Below are positions 9,231-19,940 of a stretch of 56,012 nt of DNA, in pieces (position 1 is the stretch's first letter; the number at the start of each line of letters is the position of its first letter). The notes below the pieces were generated by a model. That model saw nothing but the letters and a program-made list of their open reading frames with translations. It searched no databases and was not told where the DNA came from. Source of the DNA: Bradymonadia bacterium (GTDB taxonomy: Bacteria; Myxococcota_A; Bradymonadia; UBA7976; UBA1532); contig JBKAGE010000061.1 in assembly GCA_046290225.1 (NCBI GenBank), positions 1 through 56,012 of the forward strand, read 5' to 3'. Made by a program: the position numbers and the translations under genes.

Positions 9231-10913
9231 TCAGCGATCCAGTCGCTCCAGACGCCGCGCGCCGGCTCGAAGTGCCACTGTACGCAGCGCCCAGGCGATG
9301 GCGAAGGCCACCACGAGGCCGCCGGCGACACCACCCCAGCCTCCAGGCACCGACTCGATGCCGCGGTACAGGCCACGCAGAGGCAGATAGAGCGCGCCAC
9401 AGCTCACCAGCAGGTAGACCACAGAGAGCAACATGAACACCACCCCACCAATGCTGCTGGCGATGCGGGCGGGGTTGTCCTCGTCGAATCGGGGATCAGT
9501 GGCGCCGAGGCCCACAGCGAGGCCGGAGAGTGTCCAGGTGTGCAACAGCGCCGTCAGGCCTGCGGCGCAGATGGGGATCCAGTCGGGGTTGAGCAGGCCC
9601 TGTCCGAGAGAGACCATGCCCAGGGCCAGGGCGCCTAGAGGCAGGAGCCCCCAGCGCACCTTCGCTGTCAGCAGCTGCCGGGCGGTGATCGGCGCCGAGC
9701 GGATGGCCCAGATGCCTCGCCCCTCCAAACTCACCGAGGGGTACAGGAAGCGCACCGCCAGGGTGGTGAGCACAAAGCCACCGAACATCTGGTTCATGAA
9801 GAACAGGCCCACTGATCCGGCGATGCCCAGCTCACCGAGGGTGCGCAGGTGGTGGAAGTTGAAGATGTAGACCGCCCCCAGAGCACCCACGAGCAGCAAC
9901 TGCGACCACTGCCCGATGGTGCGGAAGAAGATCAGCGAGTCACGGCGGGTGATGGCCCCTTGAGGCGACTCGATGATGCGTGCAGGCCGACGGCGGCGTC
10001 CTGAGGGGCTCACCGAGCCACCCTGGCCCTCTTGGGACAACCAGAAACTCTTCAGGTAGATGCCCCTGGCCACCCATGCGCCAAGGGCGCACGTGGCCCC
10101 AGCGCCCGAGATGAGCAGCGTCGACATCAAGCTCGCAGGTGCCGCGTCGCCGCGGAGCATGGCGAAGAGCCCCTCTACGACCCAGTCCGCAGGGCTCAGC
10201 GGTGCGCCCGAGGGGGCAAGCCCCTGGATCATCTCCACCAGTTTGGCGACCCCGTCAGGTCGCACGAACTGGTCGGGCTGAGCCACCCTGAAGGTCACAT
10301 AGAGGGCCACGAAGCCCACGAGGGAGAGCACCACCAGGGCGTCACGGCCTCGGCGAGCGGGGAGCGCTCGGGCGAGGACCATGGCCACCACCGTGCCGGC
10401 GGCGCCGCAGATGAGGGTCAGGGGCAAACACAAAAGGCCCAGGGCTACATAGAACCACCACGGTGCCCCGAGTGCAGGGCCACAGCCCGCCACCATGGGC
10501 AACGCGAAGACCAGCATCATCCAGGACGACTGCGCCCAGGTCTCCACCAGTCGGGCCATGTACAGCCGGCCGATGGGGACCGGTGAGCTCAACAACAAAG
10601 GCAGATCGTCGGCGAGGTAGAGGGTGGTGAAGGCCGTGATGGTGCTCGACAACAGCAACAAGGCTGTGAAGAAGGTAAGCACGAGGCTCACCACCCGTCG
10701 CATGAGGGGCTCGGCAAGAAACTCAAGCTGGGCAAACTGAGCGAAGAGCCACTTCGCGCCGATGAAGCAGCTCACCATGAAGAGCACACCGAGCACCGAG
10801 AACAACAGCAGTCGGGCTCGGCGAGTGTTGTTCTGAGGTGCGTTGCGCAGGGTGCGCCATCGAGGCCACAACAGATGATTGACGTGTTCGGTGGAGGAAG
10901 GCTGCACAGTCAT
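9231..10913 (-). CDS. Putative ABC-2 type exporter permease
   Basis: Multi-TM protein with DLPLLLSSPV and SLEG..W...SAP..AK motifs; downstream of an ABC ATPase. Confidence 0.82.
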   Translation of the reverse strand: MTVQPSSTEHVNHLLWPRWRTLRNAPQNNTRRARLLLFSVLGVLFMVSCFIGAKWLFAQFAQLEFLAEPLMRRVVSLVLTFFTALLLLSSTITAFTTLYLADDLPLLLSSPVPIGRLYMARLVETWAQSSWMMLVFALPMVAGCGPALGAPWWFYVALGLLCLPLTLICGAAGTVVAMVLARALPARRGRDALVVLSLVGFVALYVTFRVAQPDQFVRPDGVAKLVEMIQGLAPSGAPLSPADWVVEGLFAMLRGDAAPASLMSTLLISGAGATCALGAWVARGIYLKSFWLSQEGQGGSVSPSGRRRRPARIIESPQGAITRRDSLIFFRTIGQWSQLLLVGALGAVYIFNFHHLRTLGELGIAGSVGLFFMNQMFGGFVLTTLAVRFLYPSVSLEGRGIWAIRSAPITARQLLTAKVRWGLLPLGALALGMVSLGQGLLNPDWIPICAAGLTALLHTWTLSGLAVGLGATDPRFDEDNPARIASSIGGVVFMLLSVVYLLVSCGALYLPLRGLYRGIESVPGGWGGVAGGLVVAFAIAWALRTVALRAGARRLERLDR

Positions 10914-11150
10914 GGCTGTGATCCTGCCATCGCCTGTTGTGTGTCGAACGCAAAATCCAACACACACGAACACACGTGTATCTTGAAATTACGACAACAA
11001 CATATGGGGGGGAGAAAAATGAAAGTGGTGGGAACGGCCGCCCTTGGGTGTGGGGGGCGGGGCAGGGCCCCAAGACCGACCGGCCCACCGAGATAGATTT
11101 CTACAGAAAGCGGCCGGTGCATGCAACTCCCATATAGGGCGACATGTTCA

Positions 11151-11180
11151 AAAATCTCTCTGCTGAGAGCTCATTTTTTT
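11151..11180. terminator. Weak, possibly bidirectional intrinsic terminator after the ABC ATPase
   Basis: CTCTC-TGCT-GAGAG hairpin (11156-11169) flanked by an A-run and a T-run. Confidence 0.3.
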
Positions 11181-11194
11181 CTGTCTGTTTTTCG

Positions 11195-11980
11195 TTATGG
11201 TGCGTCGGAGAGTGGCAAGGTCTCAGATTGGTTGGTGTTTTCTGGATTTGTGAGCAGTAGGAAAAGTGCCTCGAGGTTCGATTCTTTTTCGTCCTCCAGA
11301 CCTTGGCGCTGCCTCAAAACATCAGGTGGCCCCTGAACCACGAGGCGCCCGTGATGCAAGATACCCACTGTGTCACACACCTCTTCAGCCACTTCGAGAG
11401 TATGGGTACTCATCAAAATGGCCAGACCATGCTCGTGGGCTTCTTTCTGCAAGAGCTGCTTGAGTCGCCTGGCGCCTCGGGGGTCGAGGCCCACCATGGG
11501 CTCGTCCACCACCAGCAGCTTGGGCCGGTGGAGCAGCACAGAAGCCATGACCAGGCGCTGCTTCATGCCATGGCTGAAGCTCTCCACGAGATCGTCTGCT
11601 TTGTGCACGAGCTCGAAGAGGGCCAGCATCTCCGCTGCTCTTTGGGCTGTGTCTTTACGCTTCATCCCGTAGAGCCCGGCGATGAAGTAGAGGTACTCCA
11701 GGGCCGTGAGTCGATCGTGCACATAGGGCCGATCGGGGATGTACCCCACCACCGACTTGGCGTGGACAGGCGACTGCACCACATCGATCCCATCGACGGT
11801 GATCTGCCCTTGAGTGGGCTGGATCAGGCCGGTGATCATCTTCATGGTGGTGGTCTTGCCGGCCCCATTGGGTCCCAGGAAGCCGAAGATCTGACCTGCG
11901 GGCACTTCGAAGGACAAATCGTCCACCGCGGTGAAGCGCCCATAGCGTTTGGTGACGTTCTTGATCTCGAGCATGTGCAT
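11195..11980 (-). CDS. ABC transporter ATP-binding protein
   Basis: GPNGAGKTT, FSHGMKQR, VVDEPMVGLDP and STH motifs. Confidence 0.95.
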   Translation of the reverse strand: MHMLEIKNVTKRYGRFTAVDDLSFEVPAGQIFGFLGPNGAGKTTTMKMITGLIQPTQGQITVDGIDVVQSPVHAKSVVGYIPDRPYVHDRLTALEYLYFIAGLYGMKRKDTAQRAAEMLALFELVHKADDLVESFSHGMKQRLVMASVLLHRPKLLVVDEPMVGLDPRGARRLKQLLQKEAHEHGLAILMSTHTLEVAEEVCDTVGILHHGRLVVQGPPDVLRQRQGLEDEKESNLEALFLLLTNPENTNQSETLPLSDAP

Positions 11981-12132
11981 CCTGCGTGAGCGGACTCGGC
12001 CATCAATTACGGGGCAACCACCGAGGCCCTGGTGATGTTCCCCAGGCAGCGTTATCTTGGCTCACCTTTCGACCAGATGCACCGCCAGATGCGCCATCTC
12101 AGGTGTTGGGCATCGAGGCGGCACGAGATCAC

Positions 12133-12585
12133 ATGACCGACGATCACACCCCCCACGACGCGTTGCTTGAGCTGCAGACGCGCCTCGCGGCCTTCACCAA
12201 GGCCCGAGATTGGGGCCAGTTCCACACCCCCCGCAACCTTGCAGCCTGCCTCTCCGTAGAGGCCGCCGAGCTGCTTGAACTCTTCATGTGGACCCGAGAA
12301 GGTCCCGGACCCCACCCCCCAGGCGCCGGGCCGCCGCCAGAGCACCGCATGCGCGAAGAGATCGCCGATGTGCTCCTCAGCCTGCTCAACTTCGCTTCTG
12401 CTGTGGGCATCGATCCGGTGCAGGCGGCCCTCGACAAGCTCAACGTGCTCGAGAACAAGTATCCCGTGCACCTCGCCCGCGGGTCGGCGGTGAAGGCCTC
12501 GGACCGAATGGCCGCTGAGCACGCTGCCAACAGCGATGATGCAGGTGAGGCTTCCGAGCCAGTGGATGAGGCGTCAGGCGAGTAA
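12133..12585 (+). CDS. MazG-like nucleotide pyrophosphohydrolase (dCTPase-like)
   Basis: ARDWGQFHTPRNL...EAAELLE...EEIADV...NKYP motifs. Confidence 0.88.
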   Translation: MTDDHTPHDALLELQTRLAAFTKARDWGQFHTPRNLAACLSVEAAELLELFMWTREGPGPHPPGAGPPPEHRMREEIADVLLSLLNFASAVGIDPVQAALDKLNVLENKYPVHLARGSAVKASDRMAAEHAANSDDAGEASEPVDEASGE

Positions 12586-12662
12586 AAATCAGCCCGCTTG
12601 GAATGATCTCCCCAGAGGGGGAGTCCTGCCTGCGTCCTGAAGATGACCGAAGGGTTCAAAGC

Positions 12663-13628
12663 ATGCGCGTAAAGGGTCTCTACTGCGGCGTTGCCGCCCT
12701 CGTCTCCATCGGCGCCATGGGCTGTGACGCGCTCAACAGCCTCAGCAATGGCGAAGAAGGTTTTGACCCGATGCCGCCCACGGCATCTCTGACCAGCGTC
12801 CTGCTGGTGGAGAACCCTTCTCAGTCCGAGCTGGCGGCCTACTACTGCGATGATCTCATCGGTGGTGGTGGCTTGCTCGGCGGCGCTTGTGAGCTCGCCT
12901 TCGGCCCCGCCCCTGTGAAAGAGAGCCTGCGGTTCAGCTTCGACACGGTCTATGGCCTCGGGAATCCCAACACCTTCCCAGTGCCCACGGTGGAGATCCT
13001 GGTGGCCCTCGACGTCTTCGAAGGCGACGCCAAGGCGGCCCTGGGTACGCTCTGTGTGTCGTTTTGCGATCCGGAAGAAGAGGACTGTGTGGCCCCGAGC
13101 GCTGAGCAGGCCTGCCAGGCCGATGGTGATGCCAGAGGCCTCCTCGACTACGAGCCCACTGTCGAGGGCTTCATCGAGCTGGCCACAGACGTCATCGACG
13201 GCACCTTCGAAGACAGCTTCGACAACCTGAAGTTTCGCGTGATCCCCGAGCGCCAGCTCTCGGATTGTCGTCCAGAAGAAGACGCCTGCGCGATCCAGAC
13301 TGCTGACGACGGCGCACAGCAAATCTGCTGCGACGGCGCGTGTACGCCCGTGCCCACTGAATGCCGGGTGGTGTTCGACGAGATGGGCCAGCTGTGTCAA
13401 TCCTGCCCTGGCAGCCTCGACGCCCACGTACAGTTCGACCTGGGCATCGACGCCATCGTGGGGATCCTGGGCCAGGTGGCCGACGACGCCATTGATCAGC
13501 TCAGCAGCGGCAACAGCCCCAACTTCGACATTCCATACAGCGTCGAAGGCACATTGTTCTTCGATGTGCCGGTGCTGGGCCGCCTCTCACTGAGCTTCGG
13601 GCCGTTCAACGGGGTGTGGTCTCTGTAG
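12663..13628 (+). CDS. Lipoprotein, LEA_2/WHy-like fold with Cys-rich insertions
   Basis: Lipobox AMGC; NPNTFPVP and IPYSVEGTLFFD motifs typical of LEA_2. Confidence 0.6.
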   Translation: MRVKGLYCGVAALVSIGAMGCDALNSLSNGEEGFDPMPPTASLTSVLLVENPSQSELAAYYCDDLIGGGGLLGGACELAFGPAPVKESLRFSFDTVYGLGNPNTFPVPTVEILVALDVFEGDAKAALGTLCVSFCDPEEEDCVAPSAEQACQADGDARGLLDYEPTVEGFIELATDVIDGTFEDSFDNLKFRVIPERQLSDCRPEEDACAIQTADDGAQQICCDGACTPVPTECRVVFDEMGQLCQSCPGSLDAHVQFDLGIDAIVGILGQVADDAIDQLSSGNSPNFDIPYSVEGTLFFDVPVLGRLSLSFGPFNGVWSL

Positions 13629-13781
13629 CGTGTGTTGATGGGGCGTGATGTCCCGACACAAAAAAATCGACCTCGAAAAAAGAAGATCAGGTGGCCCCTG
13701 TAAAGAGCAGGCACGGCGGGACAACCCCGCTGAACACCGGGCTTGAGCCCGGTGCCCACTCTTTTCATCGAGGCAACCACA

Positions 13782-14567
13782 ATGCACCTGTTCAACCTGA
13801 AGCGTCAGATCCTGACTGGCACGATCCTCGGCACGATCCTCGGCGCCAGCCTGATGGCCACCGCCGCCTCTGCGCGCAACACCAACACCCGGAACGCGCC
13901 CTCTCGCCTCGAGATCACCGAGACCAGCCCCTATACGACCCGTGGTGGGCCCCAAGGTGTCGAGGTGATGTCCAATGACACCGAGCCGTGTACGCCGATC
14001 CCTGGTGTGGGGCCTACTCAGCAGAACAGCAGCTTCAGCGCGTATCTTGAGGAAGACGGTGATTGGATCTCTGCGCGGCTGACCTCCCCGACTCTCGGGG
14101 CGTTCTCAGTGGAGCGTGCAGAGTACTTCTTGATCGAAGATGACACCTTCACTGTGGTGGATCACTTCCGAGACGCCGCGATGCCGCATCGGGTCAGGGT
14201 GTGGATCACGAACGACGAAGAGCCCGGCGCAGAGCCTGATGTCATCTATGAGTGGCGGGTCGAATTGTCCGATGTGAACAGCAATGGTCTGAAGCGTGTC
14301 GAGGTAGTGTTTCCGGCACCCGTCGTCCTGGAGCCCGGCGAGCATCTGATGATGGCGGTCCAGATGCACGCCGAGTCCAACCGTAGATCTCAGCGCCACA
14401 TGGCTGTGGCGACGTGTGTGCAGCCTCTGGACGACTCGAACGGTCGTCGGGGTTTCTGGACGTTTGAAGAGGCTGCGCCCTTCTCGTGGGTCAACCTGAC
14501 CCAGTACAGCCCGTTCAACGCGATCTCTCTGCCCATGTTCAGAGCGTTTGGCCACACGCTGGATTGA
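13782..14567 (+). CDS. Secreted hypothetical protein
   Basis: GAGG RBS; signal peptide ending ASA. Confidence 0.7.
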   Translation: MHLFNLKRQILTGTILGTILGASLMATAASARNTNTRNAPSRLEITETSPYTTRGGPQGVEVMSNDTEPCTPIPGVGPTQQNSSFSAYLEEDGDWISARLTSPTLGAFSVERAEYFLIEDDTFTVVDHFRDAAMPHRVRVWITNDEEPGAEPDVIYEWRVELSDVNSNGLKRVEVVFPAPVVLEPGEHLMMAVQMHAESNRRSQRHMAVATCVQPLDDSNGRRGFWTFEEAAPFSWVNLTQYSPFNAISLPMFRAFGHTLD

Positions 14568-14586
14568 TGGCCAGATCGACGGTCGC

Positions 14587-16716
14587 TCAGTAGAGCCGAT
14601 CCACCACGACGATGCGCTCGCCTCGGCTCGCGGAGACCACCGATTCGTAGGTCTCCGGGCCCATGACCACGCGGGCGTCGTCGAAGGGCGCCTCCACGCC
14701 CTGCACCACGGCGTGGGCCGAGCGGAGGCCGCCAAGCCACCAGCGCTTGTCGGCGATGTAGATCAGATCACCCACCTTTGCTTCGAGGGCCTGGGCCATC
14801 GCCGGTGAGAGCTGCACCCCGGGCAACAACGCTTCCCCAGTGGGCTCCGGCTCCGAGTCCATCCGCGCGGGGAGCGCCCGGGCGCGGCGCAGGGCTGTTT
14901 CGTCGCCGGGGGCGCCTTTGTAGCGGGCCAGGGCGTCGGCCACCGTGCCCCAGACCAGACCGCGCTGACGTTCTTTTGGCTCTGGGCGGGTGAAGAGCGT
15001 GACGCCGACGCCGATGATCAGGCTCACGCCGAGACCGAAGAAGGCCCGCATGAACTTGTACTGCTTCAACCCCGCCAGAGGGCCGTCACCCACATCGGCC
15101 ATGGGCACACCATGGGCGAAGGGCGTGATGATCTCGGGATAGATGAGCGACACGACGACGAGCCCCATGCCACCGATGAGGGTCCACAGAGCGGCCTTGG
15201 CGGTGTAGCGACGCCAGAACACCGACAACATCAGCGTCACCACCAGGGGAGGGGTGACCGCTGCGGTGAAGGCCCCGTGTGCCGAGTAGATCGACTTGAA
15301 GGTCATGAAGAGGGGCACCAGGGCCACGCCGAAGAGGGTGACCCCCACCGAGGTGTATCGGGCCACTCTCATCAGCTGAGCGTCGGTGGCGTCGGGGCGC
15401 ACATAGGGCTTGTAGAGATCGTTCACCGAGATGGCGGCCACTGCGGTGATCAGCGTGTCGACGGTGGACATGAGCGCTGCGGTGAGGGCGGCGAGCACGA
15501 GGCCGAACATGCCTGGCTGGCTGAGGAACTCCGCGGCGACGAAGAAGGCCTGGTCAGGGGCGATGTTGTCGGGCAACACCCCGGCGTTCACCAGGGCCCG
15601 GGCCACCCAGCCGCCGCTGGCCACCACGGCGGCGGCGACGATCATGAGCACCACCACCACGCTCAGCATGGCCTTGCGGCCGTCCTCGACGGATCGGGCC
15701 GCCATGAAGCGCATCATGATGCCCTGGTTGAGGAAGTAGAACATGGCGCTGTTGGCCATGGCGTCCTGCCAGAAGATGCCCACCCCGGGGAAGTCAGCCC
15801 GCTCGTTGAAGGTGGGGAACGCCTGCCGGGCGTCTCGGGGCAAGTTCTCCCACAGGCCGCCAGCATCACTGAGGTAGTCGGCGCCGAGGTACAGAATCAA
15901 GCCGCCCACCACGAGCAGCATCACGCCCTGTAACAGGTCGGTCATGATGACGCTGGTTTGGCCGCCGGCGGTGACATAGGTGGCAGAGATGGCCGCGATG
16001 ATGGCCGCGGAGAGCGGGATCGGCCACCCGAGCAAGATGTTGAGCACCTTGCCCATGGTGAAGAGGTTCACCCCCACGTACCCCACCAGATAGATGAGGA
16101 TGAAGATGGTGGACCACAACCGCACCCTGGAGCCGAACCGCCGGCCGAAGTACTCGGGGATACTGGTGATGCGAGAGAAATACAGGATCGGCAGCCAGCC
16201 GAAGGCCAGCAGCGGGAACCAGATCCAGTCGTTGAGATAGGTCTGGCTGGATCCGATGCCGAAGTTGTAGCCGATGCGGCTGTACTTCACGAAGGAGTAC
16301 GAGCCCACCACGGTGGCCACCATGCTGAAGGCGATGAGCCACCACGCGAACCGCTGGCCACCGAAGAAGAAGTCTTTGGTGGTCTTCTGCTTTCGTCCGA
16401 ACCACGTGCCCACGGCGAGGATCAGCACGAAGTAGCCGATCATGATGCCGTAATCGAGGGCGGTGCCCCGAGCACCACCGGCTCGGGCGACGACCTCGTC
16501 GGCCCCTCCGGCGTAGGGTTTGGCCGGGGCCACGGTCATGTCGCCATACTGCAGCCAGCCCTGCAGGCCGATGAACAGACCGGCGACACCGAGGCACGTG
16601 AGCAGGTTGCGCAGGGGCCTGCCGCTGAAGCCGATGTAGCCCTGGCGGGCGCCGATGTAGAGCCCGAACAGGCACACGAGGCCGCCGAAGACGAGCTGAT
16701 AGAGGAAGGTGTCCAG
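14587..16716 (-). CDS. Sodium:solute symporter (SSS) family with extra N-terminal TM segment; probable CTG start
   Basis: DFFFGG, SIPEYFGRRFG, GGQTSVIMTDLLQG and AALMSTVD motifs; GGAGG 5 nt before CTG 16716. Confidence 0.88.
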   Translation of the reverse strand: MDTFLYQLVFGGLVCLFGLYIGARQGYIGFSGRPLRNLLTCLGVAGLFIGLQGWLQYGDMTVAPAKPYAGGADEVVARAGGARGTALDYGIMIGYFVLILAVGTWFGRKQKTTKDFFFGGQRFAWWLIAFSMVATVVGSYSFVKYSRIGYNFGIGSSQTYLNDWIWFPLLAFGWLPILYFSRITSIPEYFGRRFGSRVRLWSTIFILIYLVGYVGVNLFTMGKVLNILLGWPIPLSAAIIAAISATYVTAGGQTSVIMTDLLQGVMLLVVGGLILYLGADYLSDAGGLWENLPRDARQAFPTFNERADFPGVGIFWQDAMANSAMFYFLNQGIMMRFMAARSVEDGRKAMLSVVVVLMIVAAAVVASGGWVARALVNAGVLPDNIAPDQAFFVAAEFLSQPGMFGLVLAALTAALMSTVDTLITAVAAISVNDLYKPYVRPDATDAQLMRVARYTSVGVTLFGVALVPLFMTFKSIYSAHGAFTAAVTPPLVVTLMLSVFWRRYTAKAALWTLIGGMGLVVVSLIYPEIITPFAHGVPMADVGDGPLAGLKQYKFMRAFFGLGVSLIIGVGVTLFTRPEPKERQRGLVWGTVADALARYKGAPGDETALRRARALPARMDSEPEPTGEALLPGVQLSPAMAQALEAKVGDLIYIADKRWWLGGLRSAHAVVQGVEAPFDDARVVMGPETYESVVSASRGERIVVVDRLY

Positions 16717-16908
16717 TGGGGCCTCCCGTGGTCATGTAGTGATGCTTGGGGTTATCTCAGCACAAGATGAAGCGCAAGGGGGCGAAAATGCGAGCGGAAA
16801 CGGGGTGGAGGGCTGAGTGCTCGGCTGTGCTGGCGATCTGTGTACTCAATGAAGCACACCACGAAGCCATCACTGAAAGGAGGGCACCTTCCTGACGAGG
16901 GCTGTGAC

Positions 16909-17419
16909 GGGCGTTGTGGCTGGTCCTTTGTAGGCAGTCATCGCTTCGCTCTGCCTGCGTAGGCAACTGCCGGCGGCCGGCCTTCGGCCCGCCTTGGAGT
17001 TGCGTACACGTCGACATACTCGCTGAGGCGAGCAGATCTCCGGGTAGGCAGGGTCGCTCAAGGCTTCGCCTTGTTTGCTCGCTCCCCTGCGTAAAGAGCT
17101 TCTTCTGTATCTTGTTGCTGAACCCGCCGGGATTCGACCTACCGCAAACGTGTAAGCCCCTGAGCCCCAACGCTGGGCGAAAGCCCCAACAGCATTGGGA
17201 GTGCTCTCAAAGCCACACCAGAACTGACTTTTTACGCAGGGGAGCGAGCAAACAATGCGTCAGCATTGAGCGACCCTGCCTACCCGGAGGGGTTCCGCGT
17301 TAGCGGATGCCCGAACGTGTACGCGACCGACGAGGCGCATCGAAGATGTGCCGAAGGCCGGGCGCCTACGCAGGCGGAGCGAAGCGACGACTGCCTACAA
17401 AGGACCAGCCACAACGCCC
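16909..17419. repeat. Large palindromic intergenic element A (MITE/REPIN-like)
   Basis: ~187-bp imperfect inverted arms (16909-17095 and 17231-17419) around a ~135-bp core; homologous to 31775-32340. Confidence 0.9.
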
Positions 17420-17477
17420 ACTCAATGACTACTCTTGGTGAATGTCCAGGCTCGTTTAAGGGCCAGCGTGTGTGGGC

Positions 17478-19190
17478 CTACTGCAGTCGCAATCGCCACA
17501 TCACCCAGTCATCACCTTCAGGCCCACAGGCCAACAGCGCGTCATCCCGGCAGTAAATCTGATGATCCACCGGCAACCCCCCTGCGGGTACCTGGCGTTC
17601 ACCGCTCTGGCCCACCTTCGAGCGCTGTAACAGCAACCCCTCAGACGTGGCGCTCACCAGCACACCCGTGTCGAGCAGCGCGAAGCTCACCGAGCGCTCG
17701 TCCACGTCTTCAGTGACGTGCAGGTCGAAATCCAGTGTGTGCCCTTTGAGCGCTGTACGGATCGTGATGCGATCCCAGCGACCGGACTGATGCTGGCCGA
17801 TCAACATGATCACTCCACCATGACGTGCGCCAGTGAGGGTGCGGTAGGCCTGCAAGTCGGGCAGTCGAAGCGTATGGCAGGCCCCCGAGGCCTGGCTCAC
17901 GTGTAGTCGAGGCAGGCCGTCGAGGTGATCGAGGGCGCAGCCGTGGAGCAATGTCGTCGCCAGGGGCGTCACGGGGGTGAGGCGACGCGGTGCAGCGATG
18001 AGCTGGGGGCCGATCTCCTTCAGCGTGAGCGTGTAGAGATCTGCGCCACTGCGGTAGAGCACCTGATCACCACCTGGGGCCAGATCATCAGCGTAGATGT
18101 TGAGCGTCAGCGGCTGTTCGGTAAGCAGATCGACCCCTCTCAGCGCTGAGCCATCGAGCCATACCAGAACCGGACGGCGCCCGCGAGGGCTCAGCACGAG
18201 GGCCCAGCGCACTCCAGGCAGAGGCATGACCGGGCGGTCACCGAGCCAGACCCGATCGTCGCTCACATAGACCGGGCCCCGAGGCGTGGGCAACCACGCG
18301 AGGATCGGCCCTGGCGCGCGGTGGACCTCCTGGCGGGTCATCGAGTCGTCATCCACAGCTGGTCGTACGGTGATGTGCGTCGTGGCCGTGGCGTTGAGCG
18401 TAGCCGGTGGTGGGCCGCGGTGGCCTTCTTGAAACACGCGCCAGTACCAGCTCTGCCACCCTTGAGGGATCACCTCGGGCCCCAAAGCTGCTCCGGGCAC
18501 TCGCACTGCGTCGTCAAGCACCGAGACGCCGGCCTGCATGCGGGCGTCGAGGCCTTTGACCGTGGGGTGTTTTCCCTGAAAAGGGTGTACCCCTCGGAAC
18601 ATCTGAAAGCTCACCACGGCGAAGGCGAACCAGTCCGTGCCTTCATTGAACACGCCCTGAGGGCCCTGGCGATCCCGTACACGCTCCGAGAGAGCCGTCG
18701 CCGGGTATCCGGGGGTCTGGTAGCTGTCGGTGTCGATGGCATAGAGGCGGCGTCCGCCGGGCTCGTCAGCCACCAAAAAGTTCATCTCGTTGAGATCGAC
18801 CACCAGGGTGGAGGCGGCGTGCACGCGACACACCATCTCCCGCAGTTCGAGCACCAGATCCGCGATGGTCTGCTCGGTGATCTGGTGTCGGCGGCGCCAC
18901 GCTTTGGAGAACAATGAGCACAGCGGGGTGGCGGTGTGCACGAAGCGTTGGGTGTACCCGATGACCTGCCCATTGCTGTCGAGCAGCCGCGTCTCAGGTA
19001 CGAGCACACCAGGATGATCGATGGCCCGCAGAGCGTTCATCTTGCCCACAGGGGGCACTTGCCCCGGATCATGAAACACCTTGTAGGCCACGTCGCCCCG
19101 GGCGAAGACCTTGCCCTGACCGCCCTCGGCGACGAAATCCCCGGTGCTCAGGTTGATGGGGGCGCTGTGGCCTTCAAGGTAGATCTGCAT
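17478..19190 (-). CDS. Ser/Thr protein kinase-like protein (TerY-P-type kinase) with beta-rich C-terminal region
   Basis: AEGGQGKVF, VAYK, VVDLNEMNFLV, IDTDSYQ and DWFAFAV..HPF motifs. Confidence 0.82.
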   Translation of the reverse strand: MQIYLEGHSAPINLSTGDFVAEGGQGKVFARGDVAYKVFHDPGQVPPVGKMNALRAIDHPGVLVPETRLLDSNGQVIGYTQRFVHTATPLCSLFSKAWRRRHQITEQTIADLVLELREMVCRVHAASTLVVDLNEMNFLVADEPGGRRLYAIDTDSYQTPGYPATALSERVRDRQGPQGVFNEGTDWFAFAVVSFQMFRGVHPFQGKHPTVKGLDARMQAGVSVLDDAVRVPGAALGPEVIPQGWQSWYWRVFQEGHRGPPPATLNATATTHITVRPAVDDDSMTRQEVHRAPGPILAWLPTPRGPVYVSDDRVWLGDRPVMPLPGVRWALVLSPRGRRPVLVWLDGSALRGVDLLTEQPLTLNIYADDLAPGGDQVLYRSGADLYTLTLKEIGPQLIAAPRRLTPVTPLATTLLHGCALDHLDGLPRLHVSQASGACHTLRLPDLQAYRTLTGARHGGVIMLIGQHQSGRWDRITIRTALKGHTLDFDLHVTEDVDERSVSFALLDTGVLVSATSEGLLLQRSKVGQSGERQVPAGGLPVDHQIYCRDDALLACGPEGDDWVMWRLRLQ

Positions 19191-19191
19191 A

Positions 19192-19923
19192 TCAGAAGCT
19201 CAGCAGTGCGCTCGCCGCACCAGAGCCCAGCGCCATCGACTGCGCCGAAATCGAACGCCCGATGAAGCCTGCCAGGGCCGCGAGTGTGTCTTCTGTGGCG
19301 TCGTTGAGCTCGAGATAGGCGTCGAAGCCCGCATCTTTCTTGAAGTCGCCCAGGGCCTGGCTGAGACCCTGGTGGTTGACGTTCACCCCTACGAGCACCG
19401 TGGTGAGCGACTCGAGGGCCTCCGCGCGGCGTGCTTGGGAGATCTGAGCTTTGATCTCCGCCGCCGTGGCGCTGGAGCTGTTGTCTTCGCCGTCAGTGAT
19501 GACGAAGACGATGGCGTTGCAGGCCACGTCGACGTCGGCGAGGCGCTCGCCATAACCGATGACCGAGGTGGTGGCGTTGAAGGCGGCGTCGTACAGAGCC
19601 GTGGAGCCGCCGATCTTGATCTCGCCGTCGTACTGCCCCGCTGGACAGTCGAGCACGGGCTTGAAACCGTGCAATTCTCGCAGCTGGCTGTTGAAGGTGA
19701 GCACCCTCAGCATGAGGTTGTCGGCCCTCGGGTGGCTGCGGCAGGCCTGGGCTGCCCGCTTGAGGCAGGCCTCGATCTCGTCTTTGAAGTCACCGACGCT
19801 GATGCTCACGTCGGCGGCGATGACCGCCAGGGTGTATTCCGTGGCCTCGAGCTCGTCCACCGGCAGGGCGGAGAAGCCATAGTGGCCTGAGAGAGGCTGA
19901 CTCTGATCGTCGAACAAAGGCAT
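19192..19923 (-). CDS. vWA domain protein (TerY-like)
   Basis: MIDAS DVSIS, GGSTALYDA and ITDGEDNSS motifs. Confidence 0.88.
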   Translation of the reverse strand: MPLFDDQSQPLSGHYGFSALPVDELEATEYTLAVIAADVSISVGDFKDEIEACLKRAAQACRSHPRADNLMLRVLTFNSQLRELHGFKPVLDCPAGQYDGEIKIGGSTALYDAAFNATTSVIGYGERLADVDVACNAIVFVITDGEDNSSSATAAEIKAQISQARRAEALESLTTVLVGVNVNHQGLSQALGDFKKDAGFDAYLELNDATEDTLAALAGFIGRSISAQSMALGSGAASALLSF

Positions 19924-19940
19924 GAGTCTTACTCCTTGAA

